Of a stretch of DNA of 64,000 nt, positions 1 through 8,800 are shown one piece after another (positions within the stretch are counted from its first letter, which is position 1; every line of letters begins with the position of its first letter). Both the position numbers and the translations under genes were made by a program. This DNA is from a virus (Duplodnaviria > Caudoviricetes), in the IMG/VR virus record IMGVR_UViG_3300031998_000004, one strand, 5' to 3'. Below the pieces are notes generated by a model that was not told the DNA's origin, searched no databases, and saw only the letters and a list, made by a program, of their open reading frames with translations.

Positions 1-84
1 AGAACCGAAGAAGAAATAATGTATGATCACTATTTCTTTAAAAATATAGACAGCGGACAAACTAAATGGATATGGTCAAAATGA
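1..84 (+). CDS. 3' end of a Hef-like endonuclease/GNAT-domain protein (partial), paralogue of 21601..23229
   Basis: Frame 1 reads RTEEEIMYDHYFFKNIDSGQTKWIWSK*, matching the C-terminus KTEFEIMNELPFYRIYDSGHVKWKLKLN of 21601..23229. Confidence 0.7.
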   Translation, partial: RTEEEIMYDHYFFKNIDSGQTKWIWSK

Positions 85-92
85 AAACATAA

Positions 93-123
93 AAAAATCT
101 CCAGTCTAAAACTGGAGATTTTT
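93..123. terminator. Bidirectional intrinsic terminator between convergent genes
   Basis: AAAAATCTCCAGT-ctaaa-ACTGGAGATTTTT inverted repeat including A/T tails. Confidence 0.8.
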
Positions 124-148
124 AATTAAGACCATAATTTAGAATTAA

Positions 149-1912
149 TTAGATGATATAAGCACCATCAGCATCAACCATAAAGGTCAAGTAGTTCTGC
201 TCGCAGTGGAAACCAGCATCAACGATAGCGAAGCGGCTGTTAACAAGGAGCTTAGGAGCCATTGTACCTTCGACGATAGTCTGAACGGTATCAGCAAGGA
301 TGTAAGGCATGAAGATCACACCAGGAGTGTTACCGTCTGACTTACGACCTACGCAAATACGAGTGTCGTCCCAAGTCATGAATGGATCAACATAGACTGA
401 GAGGCCAAGGAGTGTACCAGCGAAGTAGAGGCTTCTTGAACCATCCTGTACGAGATCGTTCTGTGCAGGAGCGATTACGAATCCAGCGCAATCCTGGAGA
501 GCTGAAAGGATCTGTGTGTTAGTTACGATCCAGTTACCACGACCGAAACGAGAAACGTTTGCGATTACATTAGCAGCAGCAAGAACACGGCTAGCGATTC
601 TACGCTGATGTGTGTAAGTGTTTTCTGCGGAAGTGTTCTGAGTTGCGTTCTTAATATCGCCCCAGTTAGTTGCAGCGTTTACATTGTCAATACCAACGAA
701 CTTGCTAGCAGCACCGAATGCTGAGAGAGCCTTGGTTGCGTTGAGTGTTGAACCGAAGTAAAGGTTGAGGTCGAGACCCTGATATTCCTTCTGGATCTTT
801 GCGTTAGTTACGCCGAGTTTGAATACTCTGTCAAGGATACGGTTGTTGATACCCTGGCTGATTTCGTTCTGCATAGCCTGGAGAACCTTACCAATAACAT
901 CAACACCGTAAAGAGGCATATCCTGGAGTTGCTGACGAGTAACAGCACCCGTTACTTCGAAGCCACCCATCTGGACGAGCTTGGTGAACATTCTTGCACC
1001 GATAGTGTTACCAACACCAGTCTCGTTCTGTGCACGTGTCATAGGATCGTCGCTACCATCGTAGAAGTTCGCGAAGCCCTGGATGTGATCAGCAGCACCT
1101 GATACGAGGTCAGGAGTTACGAGCTGAGCTTCCTGTGTATCAAGAACATTTGAACCATCAGCTACACCTGTAGCAGTCATAGTAACAGCAGATGCAAATA
1201 CATCAGCGATAGAAGTGTTAGCATCGCCGCAGTTGACCACCTTGAGGATGATGCTGTTATCAATACGTGAGAAACCAAGGAAGTTACCTACAAAGACCTT
1301 AGGAGTGCTATCACTGTTTGTGAAAGTCATTACGATAGGAGTACCTGCAGCAGCGGGAACCAAATCAGCCTTTGACTTACCAGTCTTGTACTTGATAGAG
1401 TAACGAACCTTGATGTAGATAGGTTTGTTAGAGTCACCTGTGCCTTTACCATCATAAACAGTCTCGTTGATCTTACCGAGCTTACCACCAGCATAAGGGA
1501 AGTCCATATATGAAAGCATAGCCCAAGGACCATTTGAAGGGATAACAGGAACGAGCTCGAAACCGATTGTCTGAGCTGCTACCTCAAGAGACATGGTAAG
1601 AGTTGACATAGGGATGTCACCTGAACCAACCTTGTAGTTAGGATTGTGGAAGTCAGCACCTGTGTTACCAACACCAGTACCCTTACCACCTGCGTTATAA
1701 CCTACACCATCTGGGAAGAGGGGGTTACCCATACCGAGAGTGTTAAGAGGAGTTGCATAGATACCAGCAGCAGGATCACCAGCCTGGAGAGCTTCGTATA
1801 CTGAGTGGTTCTGTGCATACTGAGACATCCATCCGAGCTTTTCAGCGCTCTTTACATGGAGTTCCTCTGTAATGATCTGTGACCATTTCTGTGAATTTTC
1901 AGTTGAAAACAT
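149..1912 (-). CDS. Major capsid protein, T4 gp23-like
   Basis: gp23-like motifs in order: LVPVIPSNGP, NEISQGINNRIL, GRGNWIVT, FAGTLLGLSVYVDPF, VGRK..GVIFMPY, PKLLVNSRFA; strongly biased codon usage. Confidence 0.9.
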   Translation of the reverse strand: MFSTENSQKWSQIITEELHVKSAEKLGWMSQYAQNHSVYEALQAGDPAAGIYATPLNTLGMGNPLFPDGVGYNAGGKGTGVGNTGADFHNPNYKVGSGDIPMSTLTMSLEVAAQTIGFELVPVIPSNGPWAMLSYMDFPYAGGKLGKINETVYDGKGTGDSNKPIYIKVRYSIKYKTGKSKADLVPAAAGTPIVMTFTNSDSTPKVFVGNFLGFSRIDNSIILKVVNCGDANTSIADVFASAVTMTATGVADGSNVLDTQEAQLVTPDLVSGAADHIQGFANFYDGSDDPMTRAQNETGVGNTIGARMFTKLVQMGGFEVTGAVTRQQLQDMPLYGVDVIGKVLQAMQNEISQGINNRILDRVFKLGVTNAKIQKEYQGLDLNLYFGSTLNATKALSAFGAASKFVGIDNVNAATNWGDIKNATQNTSAENTYTHQRRIASRVLAAANVIANVSRFGRGNWIVTNTQILSALQDCAGFVIAPAQNDLVQDGSRSLYFAGTLLGLSVYVDPFMTWDDTRICVGRKSDGNTPGVIFMPYILADTVQTIVEGTMAPKLLVNSRFAIVDAGFHCEQNYLTFMVDADGAYII

Positions 1913-2019
1913 GTTTTTAATTCGTTTATTTAATTTAATTTAAGGTTTTTCTATGTCAAAATAATAGACGCTAACATTGTGAAATGTTAACGTCTTAATT
2001 ATCAATTAGTTACTTTATT

Positions 2020-3252
2020 TTAATTCCACTCCATTAACTCGTATAACTGACTCGACCACTGCTGGAGAGCCACTATGATAAAGTTCTTATGTTTGTTCAC
2101 TTCGCTCTCTCCCTGAGCAATGATATCGAACGCCTTAGAGAGCTGCTCCAGGATAGCAACTGCTACTGTTTGTGAGTTATTACTGCTCACACACTCACAT
2201 CCATAGTAACCGTTTGATATCTCGTACGTGGAGAATCCCAAGTTAGACTGGATGATCCCGTCGACATAGCTCTTTACATTTAATATATATGACTTCGGAA
2301 GCTCCGTCCAGGTCTCCACATCTGAGAAGAACTCTATCATCCCGTTTTTAATCCCACTCTTATATATCTCTACGCTGTCACACACACTCACCCCATCACC
2401 ATATAGGCTCGAGAGGTTCGTGTTACTACCACACCCACAGGAGCTCTGTGACGGCTGAGTCAGGTTCACGACAGTCTTTCCGAACTCACCAACCCACTTG
2501 AGAGTGTCATCATACATACCACCACGGTAGTACTCAAGCACGTGTGTGTTGTCATCGGTCCAGTTCACTACCTCCAAGTTCTCTATCTTAACCACACCTT
2601 CGTCCTCGCTCGGGAGCTCGGTCACTGTCTTCGCGCTCAGTCTCTGGTCGAGCGTGGGGTTAGGGAGTTGGTCGTAGTGGTCTGTGTTATATATATAAAA
2701 GGTATAGTTCTGATCCAACAGGCTCGTTGCCAGCCAGGTTCTGAAGCGCTTCAACTCCTCGATCCCAGGACTCTTCGTAGGGATGTAGTTGTTGTATTGC
2801 TTGAGCGCGTCAACACTATTTACGGTATCCGTCTCTGTCTGATCGACATACCCGTTCATCCAGTTCCAGTCGCCCTCCCAGAGATCCACGTACTTGATGG
2901 TCGATCCATCTGTCTTGATCAGCACCGGGCTCTCGGCGGTGGGACTCGTCGGGACACTCTCAACCAACACCGCAGCGCGTCTCTGATTAGCCGTGGTGTC
3001 TGCCAAGGACAAGAGCTCGTAGGAGTACATCCCATACCCCTTGTCGGTCAGCACGTAGTAGTTATACGCAAAGAGATTGTTGATGGTTGTCTCGAAGCTC
3101 ACATACATGTTAGGGGTGATCGACTCGAGCGGAACCACCACATGACATCTTATCCAATACGCGTACTTACCTCTAAGGTTATCGTTATACCACTCTACGT
3201 CAGGTAGGCTTGTATCGGTTACGATAATATCTTTAAATTTGATTATGTTCAT
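2020..3252 (-). CDS. Hypothetical protein (410 aa), possibly virion-associated
   Basis: Long ORF upstream of capsid gene, TATTATTT motif just upstream; CGCG/CEC motifs. Confidence 0.6.
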   Translation of the reverse strand: MNIIKFKDIIVTDTSLPDVEWYNDNLRGKYAYWIRCHVVVPLESITPNMYVSFETTINNLFAYNYYVLTDKGYGMYSYELLSLADTTANQRRAAVLVESVPTSPTAESPVLIKTDGSTIKYVDLWEGDWNWMNGYVDQTETDTVNSVDALKQYNNYIPTKSPGIEELKRFRTWLATSLLDQNYTFYIYNTDHYDQLPNPTLDQRLSAKTVTELPSEDEGVVKIENLEVVNWTDDNTHVLEYYRGGMYDDTLKWVGEFGKTVVNLTQPSQSSCGCGSNTNLSSLYGDGVSVCDSVEIYKSGIKNGMIEFFSDVETWTELPKSYILNVKSYVDGIIQSNLGFSTYEISNGYYGCECVSSNNSQTVAVAILEQLSKAFDIIAQGESEVNKHKNFIIVALQQWSSQLYELMEWN

Positions 3253-3270
3253 ACTTAAATAATAATGATT

Positions 3271-3612
3271 TTACAACGACAATACCTCGTTCGCTCTCTC
3301 CTTTGCACGCTCGGCAACGATGTTAAACAAGTGGAACTCCCCTTCGTCATCCATCCCAGCGAGCTTATGCCTGAATATAGCCTCGACATCGGCTTGACTG
3401 TAGTCCACTCTTATTATAGCGTCAACTATTTTGGATTTAGTTAGGGGCTCAGATGTCTCTGCGCGCTTATAGGTCCACACCGGGTACTCGTCTTGACCCT
3501 GCTCGGTTACTATCTTCTCGGTCTCTTCTTTCTCATCGAAATACACGAAGATCCGTCCATCAGAGCATTTGTCGATGGTTTTTCTTTCTGTGAATGTATA
3601 TCTTGGTGTCAT
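3271..3612 (-). CDS. Small hypothetical protein, possible fibre-associated/chaperone protein
   Basis: 113 aa; start overlaps RT stop (ATGA); GC content resembles the target gene more than the DGR core. Confidence 0.55.
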   Translation of the reverse strand: MTPRYTFTERKTIDKCSDGRIFVYFDEKEETEKIVTEQGQDEYPVWTYKRAETSEPLTKSKIVDAIIRVDYSQADVEAIFRHKLAGMDDEGEFHLFNIVAERAKERANEVLSL

Positions 3613-4784
3613 TTTTTAATCATTGATTTATTTAAATTTTTCATGAATTCAAAATTGTTTAATATGTGTGTGGAATTTTTGATGATCTCAAATGTTTTCT
3701 TGTATTCATTAAAATGAGACAAATACCCCAATCTTGAATTTATATTATCAATAATCACTTTCGAATTTTTGTCATTCAAAGGATTTTGTTTTAGATAATC
3801 ATCGGTATCTTTAAAGAATGTTTTAAACTTATTTAGAACTTCGTTTTTAACGTACTTCCTATAAGGAAGAATGATTCCTCCTAGAAAGAATATCCCATCA
3901 TATGCATTTGTTATAGTAGTTTTATTTGGATGCAAACGAAGATGAAGATTTGATAAGAGAAAATAACTTATTTTGTTTTTACAATATTCCAAATATTCAT
4001 ATGACGGATGTATGAGCTTTGCATCATCAACATATCTATCATATCCTTTTATCTTTAATGTTCGTTTTACATATTGATCTAAAACATTAAGATATATATT
4101 ACTAAACAATTGATTAATTACATCTCCGATCGGAATCCCAACCCCTTGTTTTTGAAATCTCAGACTTTTCTCAGGAAGCACTAATTTGATCCTTCCAGGA
4201 TCTCCGTGATACACACATCCATCAAGCGGATCTCGAGTCAAAAATGTTTTTATTAGATAATCTGCAAATTCATAATCAATCTGTTCGGGAAATTTCAGTT
4301 TGTGTTTGGATATTGTTTCTTGAATAATGTTATATAATATATTTCTATCGATACTCATAAAATATCCTGTTATATCACAATTCAATACCCAAGCATCTTC
4401 TTTATAATTATTAGTTACACTTCTCAAATGATGTTCAAGACGAGATATTCCATGCAACGTTCCTTTTCCAACTCGACACGAATGGCTGTCAAATATAAAA
4501 TATCTCTCAAATATAGGGGATATCAATATAAAAAGAACATGACTTACAATACGATCACGAAATTTCGGAGCAAATACTTCCCGGACTGTGGGTATGGTAT
4601 TAACAAACCAATCTAGAGGTTGTGGTTTCCATTGTCTGTCATAGAGTTCTTTGGTTAATATTTTGTTATTGATTTCTAAATCTTTTTCATACTCTAGTTG
4701 AGCTTCTGTAGATCTCTCTTCCGCCCTTGCTTTTAAATATGCTTTTGTAACTAGATTATAAATTTGATCAAAATTATATTTCAT
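3609..4784 (-). CDS. DGR reverse transcriptase
   Basis: REVFAPKFRDRIVSH, DSHSCRVGKGT, CDITGYFMSI, GIPIGDVINQLFSNIYL, RYVDD, LHPNKT, FLG; probable ATG at 4784 (ORF-track start 4844 lies inside TR). Confidence 0.95.
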   Translation of the reverse strand: MKYNFDQIYNLVTKAYLKARAEERSTEAQLEYEKDLEINNKILTKELYDRQWKPQPLDWFVNTIPTVREVFAPKFRDRIVSHVLFILISPIFERYFIFDSHSCRVGKGTLHGISRLEHHLRSVTNNYKEDAWVLNCDITGYFMSIDRNILYNIIQETISKHKLKFPEQIDYEFADYLIKTFLTRDPLDGCVYHGDPGRIKLVLPEKSLRFQKQGVGIPIGDVINQLFSNIYLNVLDQYVKRTLKIKGYDRYVDDAKLIHPSYEYLEYCKNKISYFLLSNLHLRLHPNKTTITNAYDGIFFLGGIILPYRKYVKNEVLNKFKTFFKDTDDYLKQNPLNDKNSKVIIDNINSRLGYLSHFNEYKKTFEIIKNSTHILNNFEFMKNLNKSMIKK

Positions 4785-4811
4785 ATAGACATTTCCATTT
4801 TTTACCCAATG

Positions 4812-4993
4812 CTCGGGAGGGCCAAACCTCAAAACCGTTCGCACGGTTGTTGTTGTTAAGGGGATTCATATTGGTACTATTGAAGTTCAGATAACGAGCG
4901 TTGGTCTGGCTGTTTGGAGCAAAAGTCCACCAGTTGCCATTAGAACCAACATTGTTCAGTCCTCCAGACTCTCTATTGCGATTGCCGCATGCG
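4812..4993 (-). repeat. DGR template repeat (TR), 182 bp
   Basis: Ungapped alignment to 5849..6030 with 18 mismatches, all at TR adenines (coding strand); 17 AAY codons. Confidence 0.97.
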
Positions 4994-5194
4994 CAGCAAA
5001 CAACAAACAAGTCTCCTTACGAGTAATTCGTTTCTTGAATGTATGAGTGGAAACATAAGTTAACAACCATACAGACTTCCATTAAAAAATAATTTCTATA
5101 TTTCCCATCCTAGGATGGGTGAATTACTGAATTGATATATGTATGGAATCTGTGAGCTTGATTACGAATTACCGCATGATCAACTCCTTCTGTT

Positions 5195-5617
5195 CTATAT
5201 ATTTATTTTAGAATTTAACCAGTTCTCTAATTGACGCGAAACATCAGCCTCTAGATTGGATATTGCTTCGAACCCATTTTGTGTGAGTTCGTGTATGTCG
5301 AGTAAGATCCGTACTTTTATTTTTGTTTCATTTAATATATCAATTGCCTCTTTAATAAAATCAATATTTGTTTTGTGTTCCTTTATAATATTATCATTAA
5401 TTTTTGATACAATTTCTTTAGTCTCCCCTTCTTTTAACTGATATGCAAAACATATATATGACATCAAATCAACTAACGAATTGCATATCGCTGCACACAC
5501 TCCATATTTAAATTCTCGCTTCGTTTTCTTTGTACTTAGGAGAAATTGAACCAAGAGCCTGCGCGCCCTATCATAAACAGGTAATTCGTAGAATTGTTTG
5601 GGGTTCTTATTTTTCAT
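5195..5617 (-). CDS. avd: DGR accessory variability determinant (four-helix bundle)
   Basis: ELPVY..A..L, REFKY, KVRILLD, VSRQLENW pattern; basic ~140 aa; directly upstream of TR. Confidence 0.88.
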   Translation of the reverse strand: MKNKNPKQFYELPVYDRARRLLVQFLLSTKKTKREFKYGVCAAICNSLVDLMSYICFAYQLKEGETKEIVSKINDNIIKEHKTNIDFIKEAIDILNETKIKVRILLDIHELTQNGFEAISNLEADVSRQLENWLNSKINI

Positions 5618-5756
5618 ATTTTTCAATTAGTTCTTCAATAAACATCATACATTCAATTGGTGTCCGATTTACTAAATTGAATTGTTTTAATTTATCTACA
5701 ATAAGATCATCTTTTGAATTATTTATGTATATGTTTATGTTTTCAATATTAATCAT
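5607..5756 (-). CDS. 49-aa DGR-associated mini-protein with MutS C-terminal-like helix motif (absent from ORF track)
   Basis: MINIENINIYINNSKDDLIVDKLKQFNLVNRTPIECMMFIEELIEKYEK*; stop overlaps avd start. Confidence 0.6.
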   Translation of the reverse strand: MINIENINIYINNSKDDLIVDKLKQFNLVNRTPIECMMFIEELIEKYEK

Positions 5757-5785
5757 ATTCAATAAATTTGTTTAGTTTTTTATAA

Positions 5786-5831
5786 ACCCTGTCCTATCTC
5801 CATTTACCCCAAGGGTAAACGGGGACAGGGT
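5786..5831. promoter_or_regulatory. Hairpin/cruciform downstream of VR (candidate DGR target-recognition element)
   Basis: Outer arms ACCCTGTCC/GGACAGGGT enclose inner TTTACCC-caa-GGGTAAA, about 12 nt after the target stop codon. Confidence 0.75.
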
Positions 5832-5843
5832 CGTAAATAATTC

Positions 5844-8800
5844 TTATTCTCGGGAGGGCCAAACCTCAAAACCGCTCGCACGGTAGTTGCCGTTAAGGGG
5901 ATACATAATGGTACTACTGAAGCTCAGATAACGAGCGAGGGTCTGGCTGTAGGGAGCAAAAGTCCACCAGCTGCCAATAGAACCAACATTGCCCAGTCCT
6001 CCAGACTCTCCATTGCGATAGCCGCATGCGGGAAAATAAACACCAATCTTATCTATTGAATTCTTCTTTATTGTCCATCCGTTACTCCACGATCCGATGA
6101 CGTTAAACTCCGAAGTCGTCGATGAGTTGGCGCCGGTAGTTGTAAACCCAGTAGCGAACCGTCCAGCTGGAAGCATGTACCCGGCGGGAGATGGGTCATA
6201 GATGGTCTTTATAGCTGTGTCTTGGTTATCAGCAAGAGACGATGAAGCTGTCTCAGCAGCGTTCCAGAAGTTGTTAAACCACGCCAGGTTATTCCAGTTA
6301 TACGTTGTTGTGTTGTATTGCAAGAAGAACTTGTTTGGCATCTTGATCGAGTTTGCAACCGAACGCACCGTCCCCCCAGCATCACCGTCGTTCGCTACAC
6401 CGTAATTACCAAACCCCGTATATGTCGCCCCGGTCACATCATACAAGGTCATGTTGGTGGTTGAGTTGTATGTAGTAGGTGGACACATAGGGTCTTTCCT
6501 TCCCCACTGATAATGAGGAATGACATAGTGATCGTGAGCGGCGTTCCAGACCGCGCCGAGCGGGAGCCCAAGCATATCGTAATCGACACTAGTGTAGTTC
6601 GTGAGAGTGAACGGAGCGAGGTTGTCGGCAGTCATCCAGATCATCCAGCTCCATATGATGTCGTCATTAGAGTCGGTTATATATAAGACCGCGAGTGCAT
6701 TCGTAGATGGGACCTCAGTGACGTTGAACTGGAGATAGCGACAGTCTTGCCCACTGGTTAATGATATCCCGTTCACCACTCCTGCCTTCGTCTGCCAGAG
6801 GAGACCTGCGCCTGCAGCGCTGCAGCCTGCGTTCTCCTCGATGTAGGGACTGGTGAGGGTCGCTCCCAGGTGGTTGACGAAGTCTGCTGTATAGGTCGAT
6901 CCCTGCCTGGTGTAAGCCACACTGTTCGTCTGTCCGTTCTTCACCCCGTTCCCATAAACGAGTGGTATCTTATAGACGCCGGGAGATCTGACCACATAGC
7001 AGTTCGCGGTGTTCCTGAACAAGGTCTTCACACCACTCACGTCATACATTGACAGGTCGCGCACGTCATGCATCCCCACCAAGGCAGCATAGATCCCGGC
7101 GGAGGTCACTGGATTGAGGCTCCCCTCGGTCGGATACGCATCGAACGTCAGCGCGTCCTGCTTCCCACTCTCAAGAAGCGCCAGTACTGTCTGAAGTGTA
7201 CTTATGCTCGTCCCGGCAGCGTTCGTCCCGTCATATCCACCAATCCCTTTTACATACATATCTCCGTTCTGCATCACCTCGAGCGCATTCTTCCTATCGT
7301 TCGCACCGGTCCCTACACCAACACTCCCTGCTGTGTTCGTCCCAGACCCATACGTCCCAGACCCCCGGTTCGACTTGTTGTACTGCCCGAGGGCGACCTC
7401 GGATGTGTTCTTAGCTTGGTTGTCGTTATCCATCATCACACTCCCCTCGCCTTCACCGCTCTTCCAGAGCCCTGCTCCACTTTCTCCACTCGTGTACATT
7501 ATCGTTGACTGACAAGGGATGGTGTAAGGTGTGTCTCCATTCTCTGGTACCCACTGCTCGGTCCCGGTCGGATCGACTATGTATTGTACAGGCACGGGTG
7601 TGTCGAGAACCCAGGTCTCAGGTGTGGCGAGTTCATATATGAGAGTAACGCCATTCATTGCGGATTTGAAAGTGGCGGCATCACTGGAAGCGTAAGCGGA
7701 GTCAGAAATAATTACCCTATTTCCTCCAGGAGAAGTAGCCGCTTGTTCAAGAATAACTTTATCCAACGCATCTGCATTGGCATAAGATAAGCGTTCAGTA
7801 ACATCATATTTCGCACAAACGAGAATACTATCACCGATTCCTTCAACTATCCGTTTATCGTCAATTCCTGCCGAGAAAGTATGATTACCACTTGTATATT
7901 TCGTCCATGTCAGCGTCCCCATATCCACACTTCCCAATGGTCTCACAATCTTAGTTATGCAAGGCACTCCACCGACTCTCTCTACTATGACCGAGTCCGC
8001 AATCGATCCTGCTCGCCGTGCACCAGTTGGGAGTATCACCTGAGACGATCCGGTCGGAACCCCACCAACGAGTTTCTTGCCAGTTAACGTAGTTATATTG
8101 ACTGGGAGAGAGTGAGTTATATAAGGCTCGTATGTACCGTTCTTGGAAGCGTTGCTGAGGTTGATGCAGATGTCGTGGTTGTAAGTGGTTGTACTTGTAC
8201 CGATTGATGAGAATCTAATATATCTTACATTACTTAATGTTTGTTTTGTTGAATTAGCTTCAACATACTTATAAGTACCTGAACCTTGATTATAAGCAAT
8301 CACTAAATTTTTATTTATATCGTACATAAATAAATTAAATCCCACAGGAGATTTAAAATAATATACAGTATCGGGGGTTACTGGGATATAGTTTTTGCTT
8401 CTTATTTTATTGTTATTAACTGCATTTATTCCGGTTGAATCTATGTCACCCAACTCCCACTGCTCATCCCACTGATTAAATCCTACTGTCTTGAGGGTCT
8501 GACCACAGAAACTGAGTATGGTTCCTGCGTTGTATGCGTAGTAAGGTCTCAATCCAACGTTCTTCTCCAGCCACTCCTCTACCTCCGCCACTGTTGTCAA
8601 GTTGTCGATGCCGAGGAGGGTGAGGTCGATACAGAGGACATTGGTAAAGGAAAAATCAATGTCAGTATCCGGGTCTAAAACATTATATCCTCTAATCTGC
8701 AATGAAGTGCCAAAAGTGGCAGGACACGTCCATATATAAGAGAGTTTTGTCCAACTACTATATAGTGCATAGTCGACTACTCCTTGTGAAGCCGTTGCTG

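Noticed and set aside
2542-3207. Long antisense ORFs (also 7068-7512, 17276-17779, 31984-32627, 36844-37444 and others)
   Set aside because: Shadows of real genes on the opposite strand caused by codon bias; no motifs
3609-4844. RT as group II intron, retron or Abi RT
   Set aside because: Adjacent TR/VR with A-only mismatches and avd identify a DGR; no interrupted host gene
4774-5010. 78-aa Asn-rich ORF resembling the target C-terminus
   Set aside because: It is the translated TR; an open frame is expected from homology to VR, and TR acts as RNA
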